Shown here: in pieces, positions 1-9,002 of the stretch | Numbering within the stretch: the first letter of the stretch is position 1 | Layout: every line of letters begins with the position of its first letter | Assembly (NCBI GenBank): GCA_020724265.1 | Contig: DYHH01000001.1 | Span: 4,674-68,673, forward strand | DNA: 64,000 nt | Source of the DNA: Melioribacter roseus | GTDB taxonomy: Bacteria; Bacteroidota; Ignavibacteria; Ignavibacteriales; Melioribacteraceae | Direction: 5' to 3' | Position numbers and translations under genes: made by a program | Notes under the pieces: generated by a model | The model's input: the letters and a program-made list of their open reading frames with translations, nothing else | Databases searched by the model: none | Told to the model about the DNA's origin: nothing

Positions 1-504
1 TATGTAAAAGTCGGTGAATATTCTTCTAACACGATTAGAGAGAAAGATCTACCTTACCTTAGGAGAAAGATTGGCGTAATTTTTCAAGATTTCAAACTGC
101 TTGACGACAGAAATGTTTATGATAATATTGCATTTGTTTTACAAGTAACCGGCGTGCCAAGAAGACAAATTAAAAGAAAAGTATTCCAAGCTCTATCGGA
201 GGTAGGATTAAGTCATAAACAGAAAAATATGCCTAATGAACTTTCGGGCGGCGAGAAACAGAGAGTGGCAATCGCCAGAGCAATTGTTAATGACCCGATG
301 ATAATACTTGCAGACGAGCCGACAGGGAATTTGGACCCCGAAACCTCTGACGAAATAATTAACTTCTTAAAAAAAATTAATAACAGAGGTACATCGGTAA
401 TTTGTGCAACTCATAATTACGAATTGGTAAAACGACTCGATACAAGGATTATCAAATTGCAAGATGGGAAAGCAATAAAAGCAATCGTAAAAAAGAAAGC
501 TTAA
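1..504 (+). CDS. ftsE: Cell-division ABC transporter ATP-binding protein FtsE (N-terminus lies upstream of the window)
   Basis: Frame 1 is open from base 1 (YVKVGEYSSNTIREKDLPYLRRKIGVIFQDFKLL...) and continuous with the 154..504 ORF. It has a Q-loop (IFQDF), ABC signature LSGGEKQRVAIARAI, Walker [13 protein letters not shown] and H-loop CATHN. The short C-terminal tail is typical of FtsE. Confidence 0.85.
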   Translation, partial: YVKVGEYSSNTIREKDLPYLRRKIGVIFQDFKLLDDRNVYDNIAFVLQVTGVPRRQIKRKVFQALSEVGLSHKQKNMPNELSGGEKQRVAIARAIVNDPMIILADEPTGNLDPETSDEIINFLKKINNRGTSVICATHNYELVKRLDTRIIKLQDGKAIKAIVKKKA

Positions 505-1151
505 TGTTTTTCCAAATTTTCTACAATTTTAGATGTTACTTCTTCAACGGCTAAAGTTCCGTCAACTTCCAGCATACATCCGTTATCTTTATAATAATTA
601 ATTACCGGGGCGGTAGTTTCATGAAAAACTTTTAACCTATTCCTAATTATATCTTCCTCGTCATCTTTCCTTTTAATAAAAGTATTTTTTGAACCGCAGT
701 AAGGACAGGAGGAAGGATCTTCTATATAATTAAGATTAATAATGTTGCCGCAAGCACTGCAAGTTCTGCGCATAGAAAGTCTTCTAACAATAAGTTCATC
801 ATCAGCCGATAAGAAAATAACACAAAGTTTATTCTTAGATGATAAATTTTCTAATACATCATCAAGTTTTTCGGCTTGTTGAATAGTTCTAGGAAAACCA
901 TCTAAAATAAATCCGTTTTGTGTTTTTTCATCGTGAAGAACTTCATCAATTAATTTGAGCATAAGATCATCGGGAACAAGTTCACCTTTATCCATAATTT
1001 CCTTTGCTTGCAAACCCAACTCTGTTTTTTTGTTAACCGCACTTCTTAAGATATCCCCGGTAGAAATATGAGGAATATGAAATTTGCTTGATAATATTTT
1101 TGCTTGTGTCCCTTTCCCAACACCCGGTGCTCCAAATAAAATTAATCGCAT
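501..1151 (-). CDS. adk: Adenylate kinase (zinc-lid type)
   Basis: P-loop GAPGVGKGTQ and LID domain with CSACG...CPYCG zinc knuckles; full-length Adk-like sequence. AAAGGAAAT precedes the ATG at 1151. The ORF-track start at 1169 is an upstream TTG and less likely. Confidence 0.93.
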   Translation of the reverse strand: MRLILFGAPGVGKGTQAKILSSKFHIPHISTGDILRSAVNKKTELGLQAKEIMDKGELVPDDLMLKLIDEVLHDEKTQNGFILDGFPRTIQQAEKLDDVLENLSSKNKLCVIFLSADDELIVRRLSMRRTCSACGNIINLNYIEDPSSCPYCGSKNTFIKRKDDEEDIIRNRLKVFHETTAPVINYYKDNGCMLEVDGTLAVEEVTSKIVENLEKH

Positions 1152-1213
1152 CTGATTTCCTTTTATCAATTAGTAGAATTAGAAATACATACGAAAATTA
1201 AGGTACATAACAA

Positions 1214-1708
1214 TTAATTTCCGAAAAATCCGTTATTTGATTTCCCGGGTAATCTTTTACTTTCAAAAAATCTTTTTAATAATGCTTGACTTTCTTGCGA
1301 ATAAATTCCGGAAAATACTTTTACATTATGATTATATTTATTTTGCTCAAGTAAATTTAGTAGTGAACCAACAGCACCAAACTTGGGTTCGAATGTCCCG
1401 AAATACATGTTTCTCAATCTTGATAGTAAGATAGCACCGCTACACATAATGCATGGCTCCACGGTTACATATAAATCACATTCGGTTAAATATTTTGTTT
1501 GTAGGTTGTTAGCTGCTGCGGTAATCGCAATCATTTCTGCGTGAGCGGTTGTGTCTTTTAATAATTCAACTTGATTAAAACCACGACCAATTATTCGATC
1601 ATTGTAAACAACAACAGCCCCGATAGGTACTTCATTATTGTCGAGTGCTTTCTCAGCCTCTTCGAGGGCAGCGTACATAAACTTGTAAACATACTCTGGG
1701 AAAAGCAA
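1214..1708 (-). CDS. tadA: tRNA-specific adenosine-34 deaminase TadA
   Basis: CMP/dCMP-deaminase zinc motifs HAEMIAI and VEPCIMCSGA. The N-terminus EYVYKFMYAALEEAEKAL..EVPIGAVVV follows the TadA pattern. The start at 1708 is TTG; an in-frame ATG lies at 1678. Confidence 0.88.
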   Translation of the reverse strand: MLFPEYVYKFMYAALEEAEKALDNNEVPIGAVVVYNDRIIGRGFNQVELLKDTTAHAEMIAITAAANNLQTKYLTECDLYVTVEPCIMCSGAILLSRLRNMYFGTFEPKFGAVGSLLNLLEQNKYNHNVKVFSGIYSQESQALLKRFFESKRLPGKSNNGFFGN

Positions 1709-1733
1709 ATCGAATTCTCAATAGTGGGTTTTG

Positions 1734-1807
1734 TACACCCGGAAGGATTCGAACCCTCAACCCTCTGATCCGAAGTCAGATGCTCTATCCGATTGAGCTA
1801 CGGGTGC
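1734..1807 (-). tRNA. tRNA-Arg (anticodon TCG), 74 nt, no encoded CCA
   Basis: The reverse complement folds by hand into a cloverleaf. Acceptor GCACCCG/CGGGTGT, D-arm GCTC-AATCGGATA-GAGC, anticodon stem TCTGA/TCAGA with loop CT-TCG-GA, T-arm GAGGG-TTCGAAT-CCTTC, discriminator A. Confidence 0.85.
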
Positions 1808-1883
1808 GTTTATAAATTGTTAAATTATTTTTGATTTAATAACGGTTCAAAAATAATCATTAGTAAATAGTAAATAAAATTTG

Positions 1884-1957
1884 TACACCCGTAGGGATTC
1901 GAACCCCAAACCTTCTGATCCGTAGTCAGATGCTCTATCCAATTGAGCTACGGGTGC
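1884..1957 (-). tRNA. tRNA-Arg (anticodon ACG), 74 nt, no encoded CCA
   Basis: The reverse complement is GCACCCGTAGCTCAATTGGATAGAGCATCTGACTACGGATCAGAAGGTTTGGGGTTCGAATCCCTACGGGTGTA. The anticodon loop is CT-ACG-GA. The acceptor, D-stem and anticodon stem are identical to the neighbouring tRNA-Arg(TCG). Confidence 0.85.
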
Positions 1958-2145
1958 ATTTTTCGAACTCAAAATATATTATAATTGAGCCTGATTTTCA
2001 ATCTAAGTTAATCGAGGCTTTCTAATACTATAAAGCAAATTAAGCAAAATGAATGATAAAAATTAAATCTTAACCTCATAAATCGAATTTCTATTCAGAA
2101 TTATTTTTATATTTCTATTCATATAATAACTTATAAAAGAATATT

Positions 2146-4050
2146 ATGGATGAACTATTAGGTAAAAAGATTGAAAACTACAAGATTATTTCTGTGCTTG
2201 GTAAAGGGGGTATGGGGGTTGTATATAAAGCATACGATACCAAGCTTGAACGTTATGTAGCAATCAAGATGTTAAGCTCTCAACTGTTTAGCAAAGAAAG
2301 ATTCGTCGAAAGATTTAAAAGAGAAGCTAAAAACCAAGCTAAATTATCCCACCCGAATATTGTTACCGTTTACGGTTTTATTGAATATCATGGAATTCTC
2401 GGGATAGTTATGGAATACATTGATGGAGAAAGTCTGGAGAAACTGATTTACCGGCAAAGACGAGTACATTTATATGATGCGGTTTATGTTATGAAACAAA
2501 TACTTGCCGGTATTGGTTATGCACACGCAAAAGGATTTATTCATAGAGATATAAAACCTTCCAATATTATTTTTAATGCCGAAGGTGTTGCGAAAATTAT
2601 GGATTTCGGAATATCCAAATCATTATTCGAAAAGAGTTTTACAAAAACCGGTGCTAAAATAGGAACTATTTATTATATGAGCCCGGAACAAATTCGTGGT
2701 GAAGAACTTACTCACCATACGGATATTTATTCATTAGGATGTACTTTTTATGAGATGCTGGTTGGAAAACCTCCATTCGATCATGAAAGTGAATACAATG
2801 TTATGGACTCGCACCTAAAAGAAGCACCTCCTAAAGTTTCAAGAGCTATTCCAGGTTTACCGGAACAACTGGATGAATTAATTGGAAAATCTTTAGCAAA
2901 AAATCCTAATGATCGATATCAAACCTGTGAAGAATATATTGCTGCTATTCGTGAACTCGATAATTATATCGCTGCACTTCAGGAAAAGTTTACTTCGAGG
3001 ATCAAGCCAAATCCCAAAAGAACAAAAGTGTATTCTATAGCTGGTTTTTCAATATTTATTGTACTTGCAATTGCATTGATACTCTTTTCATATAATCAAG
3101 TTGATTCTTTATTGAAAAGTAAAAGCCTGGAACATCTTAAAAAGTATTCAATTGAAAAATTATTTGAAAAAGATGATGATGCTGGAATACAATTCAACCA
3201 ATTGAAATGGTTGGAAACCGGGATTGATACAAAATTAAATTCCGTCTTCTTTGCAAATAATAACTTAGGAATTGCTGTCGGTGATTCCGGTAAAATTATT
3301 ATCACAGACAACGGCGGAGACGAATGGAGAAATATTAACCTTCCTACAAAAACAACTTTTCACCATTGTTATATCTCTGATAATGGAATCACAATTGTTG
3401 TTGGAGATAATTCTACCATCATTCAGTCAACAGATCATTTAGTAACTTATAATCAATTAGAAGTTAATGCTGACCACTCATTATTCGGAGTGACTTTTGT
3501 CGATTCGAGAAAAGGGTTTATAGTTGGAACCAAAGGATTATTGTTGGTTACATACGACGGAGGTAGAAATTGGGAAAGGGAGGCACTTAATACAAACGAA
3601 TTGCTTTATGATATAACATTTCTCAATAGTAACAATGGTTTTATTTGTGGTTGGAACGGTACAATATTAAATACAACCGACGGTGGTCTCAATTGGAATA
3701 CGGTTGAAAAGTTTACAACAAAGTATTTGAAAAACTTAGATTTCTTTAACGAAAAACTTGGAATTGCCGTTGGTGGCGGAAATGAAATATTTCTGACAAA
3801 AAATGGCGGTAAATCCTGGTCTGAAATTATAGTTAAACAACGCGGTGGTATACAAAGCGCAAAATTTGTAACTGAAAAACTTATTATTCTTCCTGGTAAT
3901 AGGGGAGAACTAATAATTTCTAAGAATACTGGTGATAATTGGTCTTTATTTGATACCAAAACATTTATGAATTTTACGGATATTGAAAAAACAAGTAACG
4001 GTAATATTTTTATATCGGCAGTTAACGGTAGAATTTTAAGACTTCAATAA
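2146..4050 (+). CDS. Ser/Thr protein kinase with one TM helix and a C-terminal Ycf48/BNR-like beta-propeller
   Basis: Hanks kinase motifs: GKGGMGVVYKA, VAIK, HRDIKPSNI, DFG, SPE. A hydrophobic helix (IAGFSIFIVLAIALILF) follows. The C-terminal half has repeated propeller signatures: TDNGGDEWRN, TYDGGRNWERE, TTDGGLNWNTV, TKNGGKSWSEI, SKNTGDNWSLF. Confidence 0.85.
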   Translation: MDELLGKKIENYKIISVLGKGGMGVVYKAYDTKLERYVAIKMLSSQLFSKERFVERFKREAKNQAKLSHPNIVTVYGFIEYHGILGIVMEYIDGESLEKLIYRQRRVHLYDAVYVMKQILAGIGYAHAKGFIHRDIKPSNIIFNAEGVAKIMDFGISKSLFEKSFTKTGAKIGTIYYMSPEQIRGEELTHHTDIYSLGCTFYEMLVGKPPFDHESEYNVMDSHLKEAPPKVSRAIPGLPEQLDELIGKSLAKNPNDRYQTCEEYIAAIRELDNYIAALQEKFTSRIKPNPKRTKVYSIAGFSIFIVLAIALILFSYNQVDSLLKSKSLEHLKKYSIEKLFEKDDDAGIQFNQLKWLETGIDTKLNSVFFANNNLGIAVGDSGKIIITDNGGDEWRNINLPTKTTFHHCYISDNGITIVVGDNSTIIQSTDHLVTYNQLEVNADHSLFGVTFVDSRKGFIVGTKGLLLVTYDGGRNWEREALNTNELLYDITFLNSNNGFICGWNGTILNTTDGGLNWNTVEKFTTKYLKNLDFFNEKLGIAVGGGNEIFLTKNGGKSWSEIIVKQRGGIQSAKFVTEKLIILPGNRGELIISKNTGDNWSLFDTKTFMNFTDIEKTSNGNIFISAVNGRILRLQ

Positions 4051-4059
4051 GGAAATGAA

Positions 4060-5325
4060 TTGGATAAATTTTTAATTCAAGGCGGTTCAAAACTACATGG
4101 CAAAGTGAAAGCAAGTGGAGCTAAGAATTCTTCACTTGCATTGATGCCGGCTTGTTTATTGAATGATGGTGAAAATATTTTGTTCAACACTCCAAGAGTT
4201 AATGATATTTTTACAATGAATAAATTATTAACTCACATGGGGGTCAATGTAGAATTTAGTGAACATACCCTTCGAATTAATTCTAAGAATTTATCAACAC
4301 AAGTTGCTCCATACGAGCATGTAAAAAAAATGAGAGCCTCTGTTTATGTTCTCGGTCCGTTATTGGCTAAGTATGGATTTGCTAAAGTTTCTTTACCTGG
4401 TGGTTGTGCTTGGGGTCCCAGACCAATAAACTTGCATATTGAATCGATGAAAAAGCTGGGAGCAGATGTAAAATTAGAAGAGGGATACATTATTGCAAAA
4501 GCTAAAAAGCTGCATGGTGCAAAAATAAATTTTGATGTTTCTTCAGTCGGTGCAACCGGAAATGTTTTAATGGCTGCTGTACTTGCAAAGGGAAGTACTA
4601 TAATTACAAATGCGGCAATTGAACCGGAAATTGTGCAATTGACTGAAATGTTAATTCAAATGGGAGCACAAATTAATGGAATTGGAACATCAACCTTGGA
4701 AATTGAAGGGGTTGATTCCTTAAAAAATACTTCAATCATAACAATCTCTGATAGAATTGAAGCCGGGACAATTTTAATTGCCGGAGCAATAACAAAAAGT
4801 AAAATTTCAATTGAGGTATCAAATCCGGAGCATCTAAATGCAGTAATTGTAAAACTTGAAGATGCCGGTTGCAAAATAAAAGTTGACGAAAATCTAATAG
4901 CGATTGATGCTCAAAATATTGATATTAACAGTGTGGATGTTACTACCGCAATTTATCCCGGTTTTCCTACGGATATGCAAGCCCAATGGACTGCTCTAAT
5001 GGCTTTATCAAATGGCAATGCAACCATTACGGATACGATTTATATTGACAGATTTAATCACATACCTGAATTAATACGATTGGGAGCTGATATCGAAACT
5101 ATAAAAAACAGCGCTGTTGTAAAAGGTGTGAAGAAATTAAGTGGTGCAAAAGTTATGTCAACAGATTTAAGAGCAAGCGCTTCACTAGTTTTAGCCGGAT
5201 TAGCCGCTGAAGGAACAACAGAAGTGCTACGTATTTATCATCTTGATAGAGGATATCAAAAAATTGAAGATAAATTAACTCAGCTTGGTGCATCAATTGA
5301 AAGAGTACCCACAACAGAATACTAA
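4060..5325 (+). CDS. murA: UDP-N-acetylglucosamine 1-carboxyvinyltransferase
   Basis: Full-length MurA-like sequence (MDKFLIQGGSKLHGKVKASGAKNSSLALM...LPGGCAWGPRPINLH...) including the active-site Cys loop. TTG start; the nearby ATG at 4055 is out of frame and terminates immediately. Confidence 0.93.
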   Translation: MDKFLIQGGSKLHGKVKASGAKNSSLALMPACLLNDGENILFNTPRVNDIFTMNKLLTHMGVNVEFSEHTLRINSKNLSTQVAPYEHVKKMRASVYVLGPLLAKYGFAKVSLPGGCAWGPRPINLHIESMKKLGADVKLEEGYIIAKAKKLHGAKINFDVSSVGATGNVLMAAVLAKGSTIITNAAIEPEIVQLTEMLIQMGAQINGIGTSTLEIEGVDSLKNTSIITISDRIEAGTILIAGAITKSKISIEVSNPEHLNAVIVKLEDAGCKIKVDENLIAIDAQNIDINSVDVTTAIYPGFPTDMQAQWTALMALSNGNATITDTIYIDRFNHIPELIRLGADIETIKNSAVVKGVKKLSGAKVMSTDLRASASLVLAGLAAEGTTEVLRIYHLDRGYQKIEDKLTQLGASIERVPTTEY

Positions 5326-5331
5326 TATAAA

Positions 5332-7476
5332 TTGTCACTTAAAATAAAAATCCAACTATTTATTGCATTATTTCTTCCGTTTATTATTTCTATATTTCTA
5401 CAATTTCTTCCGTTAACAAACACTACTGGTTTTGAGTTTTCTTTTATTCTCTCACTTATGTTCTTTATATCGGGCGGACTAATATTTTTATCAAAACTTA
5501 AGAGCAAAGTAAAATTCATTGCAGTCTCATTAATTTTGGTGCTGCCGCTTATCATCTCCTTGATTTCAAATTTCTTTATTTCTGATTGTCCGATTTCAAT
5601 TGACGCTTTATTTTATTTTGTTCTTTCTATACCCGCATTTATTGTCGGTTACTTTTCTGCCCGGATAATAAATAACATTCAAAAAAAATATTGTGTGATT
5701 ACTTTCTTAAGTCTGTTAATAGTGTTTTTATTAGGGTCTTTGTTCGAGTTTTATATAAGACCTCAAGTCTATTTCTTTAATATTGTATTCGGCTATTTAC
5801 CCGGCACAATCTATGATGAAAATATTTCAATCACACCAGCATTAATTATTTATAGAATTTCATCATTATTGTTATTGTATTTTGTTCTAAAACTATCGGA
5901 TAGTTTCAGATATAAAAAACCATACAACTTTATATTTATTCTAATTGCCGTTTCGGTAATATGGTTATTTTACTTAAAACCCATTTTTGGTTTTTCTACT
6001 TCAGAGGAAAAAATCAAATCCGAATTAACTTTGGAATTATTAACAGATCACTTTAAAATTTATACTGACCCGAATATTGCGTACGATACAACTTCTTTAA
6101 AAAATCTTCATGAATTTTATTATTCAGTAAATAAGTCAAATCTAAACTTAAAAGATGAAAAAGTAATTACATCTTTCATCTTTAAAAACAATGATCAGAA
6201 GAAAAGACTATTTGGCTCGGCGAATGCAGATGTTGCAAAACCATGGCTTAATCAGATTTATCTTGATGAATCAAGTTTCACTAACACTCTCAAACATGAA
6301 TTGTTACATATACAAGCTGGTGAATTTGGTAATCCTCCCTTTGAAGTTGCAGCGGGACTTAACCCATCATTAATTGAGGGACTTGCTGTCGCACTCGAAA
6401 ATAACTTCGATAATACCGAAATTGATTATGTTACTAATCTTGCATTGCAGAATGGTTACGGTGAAAAAATCAGCAGTCTTTTCAAAGGAATTAGTTTTTT
6501 CAGTAGTCTTCCTTCCACAGCATACTTACTTAGCGGTTCGTTTATGAAATTCTTGTATAATGAATACGGTGTCGATAAAATAAAAAATCTCTATTCAACC
6601 GGTGATTTTGAGAATACTTATGGAAAACAAATTGACGAACTCGAAAAAGAGTTCTTAAAATTTATTGACAATAAAGAATTTGAGAATAACCCCGAAACAG
6701 CCAAACTCTATTTTGGTAGACAACCATTAATTAAGAAAAAATGTCCCAGATTTGCAGCAAGAGTAGAAAATGAAGCTTGGAAAGATTTTAGGAACGAGGA
6801 TTATAAAAGTTCATTGGAAAAATTTTCTTTTGTACATAATTCGGTCGGCACATATTCCTCCTTTAACGGAATTATTTGGTCAAAAATAAGGTTAACGCAG
6901 TATCTAAAGGCATATGAAATAGCAGTGGAGAAAGTACCTACTTTTAAGAATACTTCTTATTTTTACAATCTTAATTTTAGAATTACAGAACTTGCAGTTA
7001 TTAACAATGATTCGGCATATGCTGCTGATGTAATAGATTCATTGTTATTTTGGAATTCTTCGGTAAGATATTATAATGAAGCTGTTATTAATAAGTTACT
7101 TTTGCAAGAAGGCACTGAATTATTCTTAAATTTTTTCTTTGCCGAAGCGAATTCAAAATTTGAAATGCTGCTTAACTTTAAAGAAAATGATAAATACTTT
7201 CCTTCTTTTATACCAAGATTAATTGATTATGCAATGACTGATAGAGAAAAGCAAAAACAAGTTGCGGAGGTCTTTAAAGAATTGAATTTATCCTCTGACC
7301 GTGAGAATATATATGCGGCTCATAAATTATCGCACTATTATTTTAGCATTAATCAATTAGAAAATGCTTTAAAGTATGCAGAGTTTGCGTGGAACAATAA
7401 TAAGGCAGTAGAGTATCAATCTATTATAAATGAAAATTATTCGTTAATTACATGGGCAATTGATAAAGAAAAGTGA
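5332..7476 (+). CDS. Polytopic membrane protein with an HExxH (peptidase-MA-like) domain and a helical C-terminal region; function unknown
   Basis: The N-terminal ~220 aa form several hydrophobic helices. HELLH is encoded at 6295..6309 and followed by LIEGLAVALE (gluzincin-like third ligand). The C-terminal ~250 aa look alpha-helical/TPR-like. The TTG start is uncertain; the next ATG is at 5458. Confidence 0.6.
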   Translation: MSLKIKIQLFIALFLPFIISIFLQFLPLTNTTGFEFSFILSLMFFISGGLIFLSKLKSKVKFIAVSLILVLPLIISLISNFFISDCPISIDALFYFVLSIPAFIVGYFSARIINNIQKKYCVITFLSLLIVFLLGSLFEFYIRPQVYFFNIVFGYLPGTIYDENISITPALIIYRISSLLLLYFVLKLSDSFRYKKPYNFIFILIAVSVIWLFYLKPIFGFSTSEEKIKSELTLELLTDHFKIYTDPNIAYDTTSLKNLHEFYYSVNKSNLNLKDEKVITSFIFKNNDQKKRLFGSANADVAKPWLNQIYLDESSFTNTLKHELLHIQAGEFGNPPFEVAAGLNPSLIEGLAVALENNFDNTEIDYVTNLALQNGYGEKISSLFKGISFFSSLPSTAYLLSGSFMKFLYNEYGVDKIKNLYSTGDFENTYGKQIDELEKEFLKFIDNKEFENNPETAKLYFGRQPLIKKKCPRFAARVENEAWKDFRNEDYKSSLEKFSFVHNSVGTYSSFNGIIWSKIRLTQYLKAYEIAVEKVPTFKNTSYFYNLNFRITELAVINNDSAYAADVIDSLLFWNSSVRYYNEAVINKLLLQEGTELFLNFFFAEANSKFEMLLNFKENDKYFPSFIPRLIDYAMTDREKQKQVAEVFKELNLSSDRENIYAAHKLSHYYFSINQLENALKYAEFAWNNNKAVEYQSIINENYSLITWAIDKEK

Positions 7477-8873
7477 ATCTAAAACAAAAATTAAATACAA
7501 TAGAAGTATTAAAGAAAATAAAACAATTTATTGCCGGTAAAGACGAAGAAATATATATAGTTGGCGGATTTGTAAGAGATTTGATTCTTCAAAAAGAAAA
7601 AAAAGAAATAGACTTTTTAATTATTGGAGACGGACCAAAATTTGCCGAAGAGCTCTCAGCATACTTAGGCGTAAAACAAGTTACAATATTTAAAAATTTC
7701 GGAACTGCTCATTTTGTATACAATGATTATGATTTTGAATTTGTAGGAGCGCGAAAGGAATCTTACACAAAAGAAAGCAGAAATCCTTCAGTGCAATCGG
7801 CATCTCTTGAAGAAGATTTATGCAGAAGAGATTTTACGATTAATACACTTGCTGTAAGTTTATCAAAGAAAAACTTTGGTGAGGTCATAGATTTATTTGA
7901 CGGTATTAACGATATCAAGAATAAAATAATTCGTACTCCAATTGATCCTTACATTACATTCGATGATGATCCTTTAAGAATCATGCGTGCATTTCGTTTT
8001 GCATCTCAATTGCAATTTGAAGTTGATGAAAAAATTATTTCCGCATCGAAAAAATTGGCTGAACGCCTCGCAATAGTTGCACAAGAAAGAATTACGGAAG
8101 AATTTCTAAAAATTTTATCTTCGAGTAAACCGTCTATTGGGTTGAATTTACTTTACAGATCAAAAGTTCTGGATGTTATATTCCCGGAGATTTCTAATTT
8201 AGCCGGAGTTGATCAAAGAAAAGATCATCATCATAAAGATGTTCTATTACATACTTTCCAAGTAGTTGATAATATCTCGGAAGCAACTGACAATGTTTGG
8301 CTTAGGTTTACCGCACTTGTACACGATATTGCAAAACCGCATACCAAAAGATTCGATGAAAATGTCGGTTGGACTTTCCATGGTCATGAAGAACTTGGCT
8401 CTCGCATGATGAAAGATATTTTTCAACGTTTGAAACTTCCTTTCCATAAATTAAGTTATGTTGAAAGACTTATTCGATTGCATCTTAGACCAATTGCTCT
8501 AGTTGATGAAATTGTAACGGATTCTGCAATAAGAAGACTAATTGTTCAGGCGGGTGAAGACTTAGAAGACCTAATTATTCTTTGCAGAGCGGATATTACA
8601 AGTAAAAATCCCAAGAAAGTTAGTCGCTACTTAAAAAATTATGAAAAGGTAATGCAGAAGGTTCGCGATGTTGAAGAAAAAGATAAACTAAGAGCTTTTC
8701 AATCACCTGTTAGAGGTGACGAAATTATGAAGATCTGCAACATTCCTCCTTCTAAAAAAGTAGGTGAAATTAAAACCGCAATTGAAGAGGCAATTCTTGA
8801 GGGTATTATCAAAAATGAATATGATGATGCTCTTGCATATCTGCATAAAATCAAGGAAGACTATTTAAAGTAG
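7473..8873 (+). CDS. cca: tRNA nucleotidyltransferase (CCA-adding)/poly(A) polymerase family protein with HD domain
   Basis: Class-II nucleotidyltransferase head (GGFVRDLIL, RRDFTINTLA, DDPLRIMRAFRF) plus an HD domain (HTFQV...LVHDIAKP). GTG start overlaps the upstream stop by 4 nt. Both tRNA genes in the window lack an encoded CCA, which fits a need for this enzyme. Confidence 0.8.
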   Translation: MNLKQKLNTIEVLKKIKQFIAGKDEEIYIVGGFVRDLILQKEKKEIDFLIIGDGPKFAEELSAYLGVKQVTIFKNFGTAHFVYNDYDFEFVGARKESYTKESRNPSVQSASLEEDLCRRDFTINTLAVSLSKKNFGEVIDLFDGINDIKNKIIRTPIDPYITFDDDPLRIMRAFRFASQLQFEVDEKIISASKKLAERLAIVAQERITEEFLKILSSSKPSIGLNLLYRSKVLDVIFPEISNLAGVDQRKDHHHKDVLLHTFQVVDNISEATDNVWLRFTALVHDIAKPHTKRFDENVGWTFHGHEELGSRMMKDIFQRLKLPFHKLSYVERLIRLHLRPIALVDEIVTDSAIRRLIVQAGEDLEDLIILCRADITSKNPKKVSRYLKNYEKVMQKVRDVEEKDKLRAFQSPVRGDEIMKICNIPPSKKVGEIKTAIEEAILEGIIKNEYDDALAYLHKIKEDYLK

Positions 8874-9002
8874 TATTTACCGTTCGGTATAAAATATTTT
8901 TGAATATTTTTTTGTATGAAGTGTAACTTTTTATATATCTAACCGTCCAAAAACACAGTTAAAGAAATTTTTAATCAAATTTTGCAAAACAGGAGACGAA
9001 AA

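Noticed and set aside
1237-1768. Two 65-aa + strand ORFs (1237..1434 and 1571..1768).
   Set aside because: Both are antisense to tadA, and the second also runs into the tRNA-Arg(TCG) gene. They are not plausible genes.
8875-8900. The short palindrome TACCGTTCGGTA after the cca-like gene, considered as a terminator.
   Set aside because: It has only a 5-bp stem with a 2-nt loop, which is sterically implausible, and no proper T-tract.
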